Source: Alphaproteobacteria bacterium (GTDB lineage: Bacteria > Pseudomonadota > Alphaproteobacteria > UBA828). Taken from it: a DNA stretch of 64,000 nt. Positions 21,145-31,380 of the stretch are shown piece after piece. Every line of letters starts with the position of its first letter. Position 1 is the stretch's first letter. A model generated the notes under the pieces. It was not told where the DNA came from, ran no database searches, and saw only the letters and a list, made by a program, of their open reading frames with translations. The stretch lies in NCBI GenBank assembly GCA_963422645.2, contig CAXXVO010000007.1, positions 256,001-320,000 of the forward strand. Direction: 5' to 3'. Position numbers and translations under genes: made by a program.

Positions 21145-22058
21145 TGGTTGACCGCGCAGAGGCGCCGACACCGTTGATCCGGCAGCCCGGGGTCGGGTCG
21201 CTCCTGCTCGGCTGGCTGGGCTCGCCCGGCGTGCTCAGTGCCACGCCCGTTCTGATCTTCTTCCTGATCGGCTTCGTCGGCCCCCTGGTGATCGTGCTGG
21301 CCTTCAGCTTCACGCCTGAGCGCACCTTCGACCTCGGCGCCGGCTTCACCACCGAGAACTACGAGCACATCTTCACGGAGAGCTACTACATCTCCTTCAT
21401 CTGGTCGTTCGCGCTGGCAGCGCTCACCGTCGCCTGCAACCTGCTGATCGGCTACCCGATCGCCTACGGCCTCGCCAAGCTCTTCGGCCGCTGGGCGGCG
21501 CCGGTCATGCTGGTGCTCGTCATTCCCCTCTTCGTCTCCGAGAACGTGCGCCTCTTCGGCTGGTATCTCTTCCTGATCAAGGGCGGCGGCATCCTCGCGG
21601 GCGGCCTCAAGGTCGCCTTCGGCATCGACACCGGCACGATGCTCTACATGCCCGGCACCACACTGATGGGCATGATCTACGTCTATCTGCCCTTCACCCT
21701 CTTCCCCATCGTGCTCGGGCTCTCCATGGTGCCGCGCGATCAGGTCGAGGCCTCGCGCGACCTCGGCGCGAGCCGCTTCCAGATTTTCCGCGAGGTCGAG
21801 CTGCCGATCGCCATGCCGGGCATCCTGATCGGCGCGCTGCTGACCTTCGTGCTGGCGGTGGGTGCAATCTCGGAGGCCAAGCTGCTCGGTGGCCAGAATA
21901 CGCCGGTGATCGCCCAGGACATCCAGCACGAGTTCACCTATGCCCAGAACTGGCCGCTGGGATCGGCGATCTCGGTGCTGGCCATCGTGGTCACCGGTAT
22001 CCTTGTGGTGGTGGTGATGCGCCGGCTCGACCTCGACCGGCTGCTGGGCCGACGATGA
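21144..22058 (+). CDS. PotB-like ABC permease
   Basis: Multiple TM helices; EASRDLGAS (EAA loop), NWPLGSA. Confidence 0.9.
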   Translation: MVDRAEAPTPLIRQPGVGSLLLGWLGSPGVLSATPVLIFFLIGFVGPLVIVLAFSFTPERTFDLGAGFTTENYEHIFTESYYISFIWSFALAALTVACNLLIGYPIAYGLAKLFGRWAAPVMLVLVIPLFVSENVRLFGWYLFLIKGGGILAGGLKVAFGIDTGTMLYMPGTTLMGMIYVYLPFTLFPIVLGLSMVPRDQVEASRDLGASRFQIFREVELPIAMPGILIGALLTFVLAVGAISEAKLLGGQNTPVIAQDIQHEFTYAQNWPLGSAISVLAIVVTGILVVVVMRRLDLDRLLGRR

Positions 22059-22103
22059 TGCGCGCGCGCACGGCGGCACTCCTCAGCGGCGGGGGGCGCT
22101 GAG

Positions 22104-22910
22104 ATGGAAAACAAGCGCTGGGTCATATGCCTGATCGCGGTCTGGACCGGCGCGATCGCGCTCTTCCTCTACATCCCGATCTTCTCGGTCATCACGAGTT
22201 CGTTCGGCAAGTCGCGTTACTTCCGCTTTCCGGTGAAGGCGTGGAGCGACAAGTGGTACGACCAGACGCTGGGCGCCAACCTGACCACGGATCTGCACCT
22301 CACCTCGTTCTATGTCGCGGGCTGCGTCGCGCTGATCGCGGTCGTGCTCGGCTTCTTCGGCGCTCTGGCTTTCGCCCGCTACAACTGGCGCGGGCGCCAG
22401 TTCTACCAGCGCCTCATCATGCTGCCGATCTTCTTCCCCCAAGCCGTGCTCGGCCTGGCGCTCCTGCTCTGGTTCACCTTTGTCGGCGTGCTGCCGAGCT
22501 GGGAGGCAGCGGTCTTCGCGCATCTGGTCTGGATCGTGCCGATCGTGACGCTGGTGATCTCGATCCAGGTCTACGGCTTCGACGCAGCCCAGGAGGAAGC
22601 CGCCTACGACCTCGGCGCCAGCCGCTGGCAGGCCTTCCGCGAGATCACGCTGCCGGCGCTCGCCCCCGGCCTCTTCTCCGGCGCACTCTTCGCCTTCCTG
22701 CTCTCCTGGGGCAACTTCCCGCTCTCGACCTTCACCACGGGCGCCGACAGCACCGTGACCGAGTGGCTCTATACCAAGATGGGTTCGGGCTACACGCCGA
22801 TGATTCCGACCATGGGTGCGCTCTCGGTGTTCGGCGCCATCGTCATTCTCTTCGGCGGCTACATGTTCCTGATCGTCCAACGGCGGCGGCGGCTGGAGCG
22901 CACCGAATAG
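22104..22910 (+). CDS. PotC-like ABC permease
   Basis: EEAAYDLGASRWQAFREITLP EAA motif; TM helices. Confidence 0.9.
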   Translation: MENKRWVICLIAVWTGAIALFLYIPIFSVITSSFGKSRYFRFPVKAWSDKWYDQTLGANLTTDLHLTSFYVAGCVALIAVVLGFFGALAFARYNWRGRQFYQRLIMLPIFFPQAVLGLALLLWFTFVGVLPSWEAAVFAHLVWIVPIVTLVISIQVYGFDAAQEEAAYDLGASRWQAFREITLPALAPGLFSGALFAFLLSWGNFPLSTFTTGADSTVTEWLYTKMGSGYTPMIPTMGALSVFGAIVILFGGYMFLIVQRRRRLERTE

Positions 22911-23013
22911 GCCCGGGCACGGCGGCAACGGGGGTGTTGTCTCTCCCGGTGCTTCGCGTTCTAATCCCAGCGCTTTTGGGAACGCGCGGGCAGCGCGCGA
23001 CAGGGAGTAGCCG

Positions 23014-23316
23014 ATGGCCTACCAAGTCACGGAAAAGGACCTTTACGTCGTCGACGAGTTCATGGCCAAGCCGATTGGCCACCACAGCCCCGACCTGCAG
23101 CGGGTGCTCAACACGCTGAGGGGTGCCGACGTGAAGGGCAAGCATTGCCTGGTCTGCACCAAGCCCGGCCGCGAATGGCGCCTGGCCCAGCTCTCCGGCG
23201 TGCGCGGCAAGCCCGTCAAGCTGCTCGACAAGACCTTCGACAATATCGACGACGCCGAGCGCTACGTCTTTCGCCTGCGCTGGAAGCAGCACACCGGCAA
23301 GGCGCTGCCTGAGTAA
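23014..23316 (+). CDS. dmfA1: N,N-dimethylformamidase small subunit-like protein
   Basis: EFMAKPIGHHSPDLQRVLNTLR...AERYVFRLRW pattern; directly upstream of the large subunit. Confidence 0.75.
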   Translation: MAYQVTEKDLYVVDEFMAKPIGHHSPDLQRVLNTLRGADVKGKHCLVCTKPGREWRLAQLSGVRGKPVKLLDKTFDNIDDAERYVFRLRWKQHTGKALPE

Positions 23317-23379
23317 CCGCCGCGCGAGCGGCCTTCACGACGATCGAGAACCCGCCGTCCGGCGGTGAGGGAGCCTTAC

Positions 23380-25632
23380 ATGAACAGAATCGCGGGCTAT
23401 GCCGACCGCGTCAGCGTGACGCCGGGGGAGACCATCAACTTCATGGTGAGTTCCGAAGCCCCCTCCTACAAGTGCGACATCGTCCGCCTCATCTGCGGTG
23501 ACGAAAACGCCGACGGACCGGGCGTGAAGGAAGAGGTCGTCCGGACCAGCGCGAGCGGCACCTACAAGGGGCGCCGGCAGGTCTGCTACGACGGCTCCTT
23601 CATGGAGGTGCCGGCGCATCCTGCGATCCAGGGGCTGGAGAGCTTCACCTTTCAGGCTTTCATCTGGCCGACGACGCCCGATCGCGGAACCCAGGCGCTG
23701 ATCGCCAACTGGCGCGACCGCGACAAGGCGGGCGCTGCCCTCATCATCACCAAGCAGGACGGCTCGCTCGCGCTCTGCCTCGGCGACGGCGAGGGCAATA
23801 TCGAGGTGACCGCCACCAACCGTCCGCTGATTCCGCACCAGTGGTACTTCGTCGCAGCCTCCTACGACGCCGGCTCCAAGCAGATCACGCTGGTGCAGCA
23901 GCCGCTTAACGACTACCCCAACGTCAACCACGCCCGCGTCCTGAAGAAGAAGTCCGCCCTGAGCGGGCCGGGCAAGCACGATGCGCCGCTCACCATGGGT
24001 GCCTACTTCAAGCGCGTCGACAAGGGCCGGACCGTCTGCAGCGGCTTCTACAACGGACGCATCGACAGCCCGCGTGTCGCCAACCGCGTGCTGACCCCGG
24101 CGGAGCTGGAGCTGGCCAAGACCCGCCCGGTGGACGGCACGCTCGCCACCTCCATCGTCGGCGCCTGGGACTTCTCCCAAGGCATCAAGACGACGACGGC
24201 CACCGATCTAAGCGCCAACGCACTGCACGGCAGCCTGGTCAACCTGCCGACCCGCGCCGTCACCGGCTGGTGCTGGGACGGCAGCGAGATGAACTGGCAG
24301 AACGCGCCGGAGCAATACGGCGCGATCCACTTCCACGAGGACGACGTCTACGACGCGCGCTGGGAGGTCGACTTCTCGCTCACCTGCCCGAAGCGGCTGA
24401 AGAGCGGCGTCTACGCCGCGAGGCTCCGCGGCGAAGGTGGCGGCGAGGATTACATCCCCTTCGCGGTGCGCGCCCCGCGCGGCGCGCCCACCGCGAAGAT
24501 CTGCTTCCTGCTGCCCACCGCGAGCTACATGGCTTACGCCAACACCAACATGTCCACCAACATGGGCGCAGCACAAATTCTCACGGGCCGGCTCACGGTG
24601 CTGAACGAGAAGAACCTGCAGCGCAGCGAGCACCGCGAGTACGGCACCTCGCTCTACGACAGCCACATCGACGGCAGCGGGATCTGCTACTCCTCCCGCC
24701 TGCGCCCCGTCCTGAACTTCCGCCCGAAGGCGCTGGAGTGGATCGGCGGCACCGAATCCACGCTCTGGCAGTTCAACGCCGACACGCATCTCACCGAATG
24801 GCTGGAGGCGAAGGGCTTCGAGTACGACGTCGTCACCGACGAGGACCTGCACTACGAGGGCCTGGCGGCGATCCAGGACTACACGGTCGTGCTCTCCGGC
24901 TCGCACCCCGAATACCACTCGAAGGCGATGTGGGATGCGATGTACGCCTACCAGCAGCGCGGCGGGCGGCTCATGTACATGGGCGCCAACGGCTGGTACT
25001 GGCGCATCGCCTACCACACCGAAGTGCCGGGCTGCATCGAGGTGCGCCGCGCCGAGGACGGCATCCGCACCTGGATCGCGCGCCCCGGCGAGTACTATCA
25101 CAGCTTCACCGGCGAGTACGGCGGCCTCTGGCGGCGCAACGGCCGGCCGCCGCAGATCATCGTCGGCACCGGCTTCACCGCTCAGGGCTTCGACATCTCG
25201 TCCCACTACGTGCGCGAGCCGGACAGCTTCAAGAAAGAGGTCGCCTGGATCTTCGAAGGCATCGGCGAGGACGAGAAGATCGGCGATTTCGGGTTGATCG
25301 GCGGCGGTGCGGCGGGGCTGGAGCTCGACCGGGCCGACCCGCTGCTGGGCACGCCGCCCAACACCTACGTGCTCGCCTCCTCCAAGGAGCACACGGATCT
25401 CTACCTCGTGGTCTGCGAAGAGCTCGACGTCAATCGGCCCAATGCCGACGGCACGCAGGACCCGCTGGTGCGCGCCGACATCGTGTTCTACGAGACCGCG
25501 AAGGGCGGCGCCGTGTTCTCCACCAGCTCGATCGCCTGGTGTGGCAGCCTCGCCCACAACGACCACGACAACAACGTCTCGCGCATGACCGAGAACGTCC
25601 TGCGCCGCTTCGCCGATCCGACCCCGTTCTGA
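23380..25632 (+). CDS. dmfA2: N,N-dimethylformamidase large subunit family protein
   Basis: GYADRVSVTPGETINFMVS, LamG-like insert, YGAIHFHEDD, PTASYMAYAN, SLYDSH.DGSG, GSHPEY, GANGWYW, AAGLELD, GAVFSTSSIAW. Confidence 0.9.
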   Translation: MNRIAGYADRVSVTPGETINFMVSSEAPSYKCDIVRLICGDENADGPGVKEEVVRTSASGTYKGRRQVCYDGSFMEVPAHPAIQGLESFTFQAFIWPTTPDRGTQALIANWRDRDKAGAALIITKQDGSLALCLGDGEGNIEVTATNRPLIPHQWYFVAASYDAGSKQITLVQQPLNDYPNVNHARVLKKKSALSGPGKHDAPLTMGAYFKRVDKGRTVCSGFYNGRIDSPRVANRVLTPAELELAKTRPVDGTLATSIVGAWDFSQGIKTTTATDLSANALHGSLVNLPTRAVTGWCWDGSEMNWQNAPEQYGAIHFHEDDVYDARWEVDFSLTCPKRLKSGVYAARLRGEGGGEDYIPFAVRAPRGAPTAKICFLLPTASYMAYANTNMSTNMGAAQILTGRLTVLNEKNLQRSEHREYGTSLYDSHIDGSGICYSSRLRPVLNFRPKALEWIGGTESTLWQFNADTHLTEWLEAKGFEYDVVTDEDLHYEGLAAIQDYTVVLSGSHPEYHSKAMWDAMYAYQQRGGRLMYMGANGWYWRIAYHTEVPGCIEVRRAEDGIRTWIARPGEYYHSFTGEYGGLWRRNGRPPQIIVGTGFTAQGFDISSHYVREPDSFKKEVAWIFEGIGEDEKIGDFGLIGGGAAGLELDRADPLLGTPPNTYVLASSKEHTDLYLVVCEELDVNRPNADGTQDPLVRADIVFYETAKGGAVFSTSSIAWCGSLAHNDHDNNVSRMTENVLRRFADPTPF

Positions 25633-25666
25633 GCGAGAACCGGACCGGACATCACCGGGGGCCGCA

Positions 25667-26419
25667 ATGAGCGGCCCCGTTCTCGAGGTCGAGGCCCTCA
25701 CCAAGCGATTCGGCAAGTTCACTGCGGTCGATGCGGTGAGCTTCTCGGTCGCGCGCGGGGCAACCGCCGCCCTGCTCGGCGCCAACGGCGCCGGCAAGAC
25801 CACCACCATTGCGATGATCCTGGGCCTCCTGCTGCCGAGCACAGGCTCGGTGCGCATCTTCGGCAGCGATCTGGCGGCCGAGCGCTACGCGCTGCTGCCG
25901 CGCATGAACTTCTCCTCGCCCTACACCGACCTTCCGCACCGGCTCACGGTGCGTGAGAATCTGACCGTCTACGCCCGGCTCTACAGCCTTGACGGCGTCC
26001 GCCGGCGGATCGAGCGGATGGCCGAGATCCTCGATCTCGGCGACTTCCTCAAGCGGCCCACGGGCAAGCTCTCGGCCGGGCAACGCACCAGGGTCGCGCT
26101 CGCGAAGGCGCTGCTCAACGATCCGGAGCTCCTGCTGCTCGACGAGCCCTCGGCCTCGCTCGATCCCGATACCGCCGACTGGGTGCGGGGTGTGATCGAG
26201 CGCTACCGGGCCGAGACCGGCGCCACGATCCTGCTCGCCTCCCACAACATGGCCGAGGTCGAGCGCCTCTGCGACGACGTGTTGGTGATGGCGGGCGGGC
26301 GCATCGTCGAGAGCGGCACGCCCGAGGCCATGATCGAACGCCACGGCCGCAGCACGCTGGAAGAGGTCTTCCTCGAAATCGTGCGGGGCACCGGCAGCGT
26401 CGGGGAAGCGGCGCAATGA
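25667..26419 (+). CDS. ABC-2 type exporter ATP-binding protein
   Basis: GANGAGKTT, LSAGQ, LLLDEP, ASHNM. Confidence 0.92.
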   Translation: MSGPVLEVEALTKRFGKFTAVDAVSFSVARGATAALLGANGAGKTTTIAMILGLLLPSTGSVRIFGSDLAAERYALLPRMNFSSPYTDLPHRLTVRENLTVYARLYSLDGVRRRIERMAEILDLGDFLKRPTGKLSAGQRTRVALAKALLNDPELLLLDEPSASLDPDTADWVRGVIERYRAETGATILLASHNMAEVERLCDDVLVMAGGRIVESGTPEAMIERHGRSTLEEVFLEIVRGTGSVGEAAQ

Positions 26420-27246
26420 TGGGGAAGGGCGCCGCACGGGCCCTGCCGTGGCACGGTCCTGCGCAGCGGATCGGCGCACTCGTGCTGCGCCACACCTATC
26501 TGCTGCGGCGCTCCTGGCCGCGTCTGCTGGAGCTTACGTACTGGCCCACTGTGCAGATGATCATCTGGGGCCTGGTCACCATGTACCTCGTCACCAACAG
26601 CTCGTGGTTCGCACAGACGGCCGGGGTTCTGCTCGCCGGGGTGATCCTGTGGGACGTCATGTTCCGCGGGCAGATCGGGCTCTCTCTGGTGTTCATCGAG
26701 GAAATGTGGTCGCGCAATCTCGGGCACATCTTCGTGAGCCCCTTGCGCCCGTGGGAGCTGATCTGCGGGCTCATGCTGATCAGCCTGATCCGGACGCTCA
26801 TCGGGATGACAGGCGCGGTGGGCTTCGCCTTCCTGCTCTACGCCTTCTCGATCTTCGATCTCGGCTTCGCGCTGATCGGCTTCTTCGTGAACCTGATCGT
26901 GATGGGCTGGGCCGTCGGTTTCTTCGTGAGCGGCCTGGTGCTGCGCTACGGCCTCGGCGCCGAGAGCTTGGCCTGGTTCCTGATCTTCGCGCTGGCGCCC
27001 TTCAGCTGCGTCTACTATCCGCTTTCGATCCTGCCGGACTGGCTGGAGCCGGTGGCCGCCATCCTGCCGTCTGCCCATGTCTTCGAGGGGATGCGCGCGC
27101 TCCTGGTCGACGGTAGCTTCAGCGGCGATCACATGATGCGCGCGAGCCTGCTCAACATCGGCTGGTTGGCGGCGGGCATCGCGACCTTTCTCGCCTTCCT
27201 GCGCAGCGCCCGCGTTCGCGGCCTGCTGCATCAGATCGGCGAGTAA
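26416..27246 (+). CDS. ABC-2 type exporter permease
   Basis: About six TM helices, EEMWSRNL, YYPLSILPDWL; overlaps the ATPase stop. Confidence 0.9.
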   Translation: MMGKGAARALPWHGPAQRIGALVLRHTYLLRRSWPRLLELTYWPTVQMIIWGLVTMYLVTNSSWFAQTAGVLLAGVILWDVMFRGQIGLSLVFIEEMWSRNLGHIFVSPLRPWELICGLMLISLIRTLIGMTGAVGFAFLLYAFSIFDLGFALIGFFVNLIVMGWAVGFFVSGLVLRYGLGAESLAWFLIFALAPFSCVYYPLSILPDWLEPVAAILPSAHVFEGMRALLVDGSFSGDHMMRASLLNIGWLAAGIATFLAFLRSARVRGLLHQIGE

Positions 27247-27249
27247 CCC

Positions 27250-27384
27250 TTGGAGCGTTTCCGACTTAGACGGAAACGCTCTCGCATTTTGTCGCTCACG
27301 GCAGCCGGCCTGCGGCCTGCGCCGCAAAGCGGCGGGCCGCAGTCGCGGCCTGACGCGCGCTCGTCAGAGACGAACCCGCTCTAG
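27250..27384. repeat. Palindromic MITE/REP-like repeat, copy 3 (diverged, 135 bp)
   Basis: Shares GAGCGTTTCCG..CGGAAACGCTCT, TTGTCGCTCACGGCAGCCGGCCTGCGGCC and terminal CGCTCTAG; end contains the cobT stop. Confidence 0.85.
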
Positions 27385-28409
27385 TCTGCGGGCCCGCTGA
27401 CCCCGGCTGATTCGAAGGTCGCCATGCCCTTGTGCGCCGCCACTGCCATGCGCACGAGCGCGGCGGCGAGCGCGGCGCCCGATGCCTCGCCAAGGCGCAA
27501 GCCGAGATCGAGCAGCGGCACGAGCGAGAGCGCCTCCAGCAAGCGCCGATGCCCCGGCTCGGCCGAGCGGTGTGCCACCTGGGTGTGATCGAGGCCGTCA
27601 TCCCGTAGCTTCGCCATCACCGCCGCCGCAGCGGTGCAGGCGAAGCCGTCGAGCAGCACGGGCACACGGTGGTGCCGCGCCTGGACGACGGCGCCCGCGA
27701 TCGCCGCCAACTCCCGCCCGCCGACGCAGTTGAGCGCGACCAGAGGATCGCGGCGTGCTTCGGCGTGCCGCGCGAGCGCCGCATCGACCGCCGCGGCCTT
27801 GCGCGCGAGCCCGTCGGAATCCACCCCGGTGCCGGGGCCCACCCAGGAGGCGCCGTCGCCGCCAAAGAGTGCGGCCGCCATCGCGGCTGCGGCGGTGGTG
27901 TTGCCGATCCCCATCTCGCCCAGGCAGAGCAGGTCGGCGCCCTGGTCCACCGCCGCGATACCGGCCTCCAGCGCCGCGACGCACGCAGTCTCGCCGAGCG
28001 CGGGCGCTTCTGTCATGTCTTCGGTGGGCGTGTCGAGTTCGAGGGGCACGACCGTCAACGCCGCGCCCAGCACGTCGCAGAGCTGGTTGATCGCGGCCCC
28101 GCCCGCCTCGAAGTTGGCCACCATCTGCGCCGTGACCGCCGCGGGATAGGCGGAGACTCCGCGCGCCGCGACCCCGTGATTGCCGGCGAAGACGACGACC
28201 TGGATGCGCTCTGCGCGCGGCGGGTGGCGCCCCTGCCATGCCGCCGCCCAGGCGGCGAGCGATTCGAGCCGGCCGAGGGCGCCGGCAGGCTTGGTGAGCT
28301 GCGCATCGTGCGCCCTCGCCCGCTCCGCCGCTGCCTCGTCCGGCCCCGGCATGGCTGCAACGCGCGCGCGAAAGGCACTCAACGAGTCGAGTCGGACATC
28401 ATCGTGCAT
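27381..28409 (-). CDS. cobT: Nicotinate-nucleotide--dimethylbenzimidazole phosphoribosyltransferase
   Basis: LTKPAGALGRLE, FAGNHGV, GEMGIGNTT, GPGTG, LRLGEASGA, MATFESAGVS. Confidence 0.95.
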   Translation of the reverse strand: MHDDVRLDSLSAFRARVAAMPGPDEAAAERARAHDAQLTKPAGALGRLESLAAWAAAWQGRHPPRAERIQVVVFAGNHGVAARGVSAYPAAVTAQMVANFEAGGAAINQLCDVLGAALTVVPLELDTPTEDMTEAPALGETACVAALEAGIAAVDQGADLLCLGEMGIGNTTAAAAMAAALFGGDGASWVGPGTGVDSDGLARKAAAVDAALARHAEARRDPLVALNCVGGRELAAIAGAVVQARHHRVPVLLDGFACTAAAAVMAKLRDDGLDHTQVAHRSAEPGHRRLLEALSLVPLLDLGLRLGEASGAALAAALVRMAVAAHKGMATFESAGVSGPAD

Positions 28410-28529
28410 GGCGGTTCCGCATGCCGGTTGCTGCAGGAGGGAAAACGAGGGGTTTCTTGGCGTCGGCAGTGCACTGGCTTATAAGGCCGAAGGAGGATGC
28501 CGGGCCGGGGCAGCCCGGGCAAGAGGCAC

Positions 28530-29336
28530 ATGCGCTACGACGACGGCGACGAGGCTCCCCTCCAACAGAAGGCTTACCGCGCGGTGCGGGTCTGGCGGAG
28601 CGACCTTCGCACTGCCCTACTTTTCCTGACGCGGGTGCCGTTGAAGGCGGCGCGGCCGGAGGGCGACAGCCCGCCGCTCGGCCGCGCGGTTCGCGCCTTC
28701 CCCATCGTCGGCGCGCTGATCGGCCTCTTTGCCGGGATCGTCTACGCGATCGCCGCAGGAATCGGCCTGCCCGATATCGTGGCGGCGGTGCTCGCCGTGG
28801 GCGCAAGCGCGCTCGCCGCCGGCGCGCTGCACGAGGACGGCCTCGCCGACATGGCGGACGGCTTCGGCGGCGGGAGCACGCGGGAGCGCAAGCTCGCGAT
28901 CATGCGGGACAGCCGCATCGGCGCCTATGGCGTGATCGTGCTGGTGGTGGTGCTGGCGGCGAAGGTGGGCGCGATCGCCGACCTGGGCGGGACCGGCCTC
29001 GTGATCGCCGCCATGGTCGCCGCCGCAGGGGTCTCGCGCGCGGCGATGCCGGCGGTCATGCTCTGGCTGGATCCGGCACGGGCCGACGGCCTTGCTGCCG
29101 ACGCCGGGCGACCGCCGTCGACCCATGTATGGACCGGGGTCGCCCTGGCGGCGGTGCTCGCCGTCGGACTGCTCACCTGGAGCGGGTTGGTCGCCTTCCT
29201 CATCGCCGGTATCGGCGCCGCCGCAGCCGCCTGGCTTGCCGAACGCCAGGTCGGCGGTCACACTGGGGACGTGCTCGGCGGCGTCCAGCAGTTCGCCGAA
29301 GTCCTCTTCCTCCTTACGCTCGCGGCGGTGAGATGA
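28530..29336 (+). CDS. cobS: Adenosylcobinamide-GDP ribazoletransferase (cobalamin synthase)
   Basis: FLTRVP, GALHEDGLADMADGFGG, IMRDSRIGAYG, GGHTGDVLG. Confidence 0.95.
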   Translation: MRYDDGDEAPLQQKAYRAVRVWRSDLRTALLFLTRVPLKAARPEGDSPPLGRAVRAFPIVGALIGLFAGIVYAIAAGIGLPDIVAAVLAVGASALAAGALHEDGLADMADGFGGGSTRERKLAIMRDSRIGAYGVIVLVVVLAAKVGAIADLGGTGLVIAAMVAAAGVSRAAMPAVMLWLDPARADGLAADAGRPPSTHVWTGVALAAVLAVGLLTWSGLVAFLIAGIGAAAAAWLAERQVGGHTGDVLGGVQQFAEVLFLLTLAAVR

Positions 29337-29965
29337 CGACGAACACCATCGTGACCCGATGGTGGTGGGTGCGCCACGCGCCCGTCACCGACCATGGCGG
29401 CCGGCTTTACGGCCGCACCGACGTGCCCGCCAACACCAGCGAGCGGCCGCGCTTCGAGGCGCTGGCCCGCGCGTTGCCAGACGATGCCGTCTGGCTCACC
29501 AGCAACCTGCTGCGCACCCATCAGACCGCCGACGCGATTGCCGAGGCGGGCCACGCGGTGCCGGCTCGGTCCATTGAGGCGGATCTGGACGAGCAGGATT
29601 TCGGCGCCTGGCACGGCCTGACCTGGAGCGAGGTCGCCTCCGAGCGGGGCAGCAGCCTCGCCCACAAGTATTGGGTCGCGCCCGCGCACGTCACGCCGCC
29701 GGAGGGCGAGAGCTTCGTCCAGGTGGTCGAGCGGGTCACCGACGCCGTCACCCGCAGGACGGCGCAACACGCCGGCCAGGATATCGTGGCCGTGGCCCAC
29801 GGCGGCTCGATCCGCGCTGCGCTGGCGCTCGCGCTCGGCCTCGACGCGGAGCGTGCGCTCGCCTTCAGCATCGACAATCTCTCGATCACCTGCATCGACC
29901 ACGTTAACGGCCCCGCCAAGGGCCAAGCCTGGCGCGTCGCCGCCGTCAACCTGCCGCCGGTCTGA
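29333..29965 (+). CDS. Histidine phosphatase, probable alpha-ribazole phosphatase (CobC-like)
   Basis: [32 protein letters not shown]; ATGA overlap with cobS. Confidence 0.85.
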   Translation: MTTNTIVTRWWWVRHAPVTDHGGRLYGRTDVPANTSERPRFEALARALPDDAVWLTSNLLRTHQTADAIAEAGHAVPARSIEADLDEQDFGAWHGLTWSEVASERGSSLAHKYWVAPAHVTPPEGESFVQVVERVTDAVTRRTAQHAGQDIVAVAHGGSIRAALALALGLDAERALAFSIDNLSITCIDHVNGPAKGQAWRVAAVNLPPV

Positions 29966-30024
29966 GCGCCGCTCGATACGCGACCGCGGCTGCACGGCGC
30001 GGGCGGAGCGCGTAGACTCGGGCC

Positions 30025-31380
30025 ATGAAGCCCCAGGACGCGCCGAGTCTCTTCGAGGACTCAGCACCTCGCCCGCTCGCGGACCGGCTGCGGCCGCGCA
30101 CGCTCGACGAAGTGGTGGGCCAGGACCACCTGCTGCGCCCCGACGGCCCGCTCGGGCGAATGGTGGCGAGCGGCGGCGCGCTGGCCTCGACCGTCCTCTG
30201 GGGGCCGCCAGGCTGCGGCAAGACCACCATCGCCCGCCTGCTCGCCGATCACACGGACATGCTCTTCGCGCCGCTGAGCGCGGTCTTCTCCGGCGTCGCC
30301 GACCTGCGCAAGATCTTCGACGAGGCGCGCTCGCGCCGCGCCGGGGGCAAGGGCACGCTGCTCTTCGTCGACGAGATCCACCGCTTCAACCGGGCGCAGC
30401 AGGACGCCTTCCTGCCCGTGGTCGAGGACGGCACCGTGATTCTCGTGGGCGCCACCACCGAGAACCCCTCCTTCGAGCTGAACGGCGCCCTGCTTTCACG
30501 CTGCGCAGTGCTGGTGCTCAACCGGCTCGACGACAACGCGCTGGAAACCCTGCTCACCCGCGCGGAGGAGGCGGAGGGCCGCACGCTGCTGCTTGAGCCC
30601 GATGCGCGGCCCATGCTGCGCGCCATGGCCGATGGCGACGGCCGCGCGCTCATCAACCTGGCGGAGGCGTTGTTTGCGGCCGGCGCCGCCGCACCGCTGG
30701 GTGACGAGGCGAGCGTACCGCTCGACGTGCCGCAGTTGATGGAGACCGTGCAGCGCCGCGCGCCGCTCTACGACAAGTCGCAGGAGGGCCACTACAACCT
30801 GATCTCGGCGCTGCACAAGTCGCTGCGCGGCTCGGACACGGACGCGGCGCTCTACTGGCTCGCGCGCATGCTGGCCGGCGGCGAGGACCCGCGCTACATC
30901 GCGCGGCGCCTGGTGCGTTTCGCGGTGGAGGACGTGGGGCTCGCCGACCCGGACGCGCTGCCGCAGGCACTCGCCGGCTGGGAGGCGTACGAGCGGCTGG
31001 GATCGCCCGAAGGCGAGCTCGCCATCGCCCAGACCGTGATCTATCTCGGCACCGCCGCCAAGTCGAACGCGAGCTACCGCGCGCACGGGCGGGCCATGCA
31101 GGCCGCGAAGGAGACAGGCTCGCTGATGCCGCCTAAGCACATCCTCAACGCGCCGACGCGGCTGATGAAGGAGCTCGGCTACAGCGAGGGCTACGTCTAC
31201 GACCACGACACCGAGGAAGGGTTTTCGGGCCAGAACTACTTCCCGGAAGAATTGCCGCGCCGCAGCTTCTACGAACCCAGGGAGCGGGGCTTCGAGCGGG
31301 AGGTGCGCAAGCGCCTCGCCTACTGGCAGAAGCTGCGCGAAGAGGCCGCGGCCGACGCGGGGACGGAGGACGACACGTGA
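30025..31380 (+). CDS. rarA: Replication-associated recombination protein A
   Basis: [53 protein letters not shown]. Confidence 0.96.
   Translation: MKPQDAPSLFEDSAPRPLADRLRPRTLDEVVGQDHLLRPDGPLGRMVASGGALASTVLWGPPGCGKTTIARLLADHTDMLFAPLSAVFSGVADLRKIFDEARSRRAGGKGTLLFVDEIHRFNRAQQDAFLPVVEDGTVILVGATTENPSFELNGALLSRCAVLVLNRLDDNALETLLTRAEEAEGRTLLLEPDARPMLRAMADGDGRALINLAEALFAAGAAAPLGDEASVPLDVPQLMETVQRRAPLYDKSQEGHYNLISALHKSLRGSDTDAALYWLARMLAGGEDPRYIARRLVRFAVEDVGLADPDALPQALAGWEAYERLGSPEGELAIAQTVIYLGTAAKSNASYRAHGRAMQAAKETGSLMPPKHILNAPTRLMKELGYSEGYVYDHDTEEGFSGQNYFPEELPRRSFYEPRERGFEREVRKRLAYWQKLREEAAADAGTEDDT

Noticed and set aside
28410-28529. Cobalamin riboswitch between cobT and cobS
   Set aside because: Only 120 bp of divergent intergenic DNA and no recognisable B12-box
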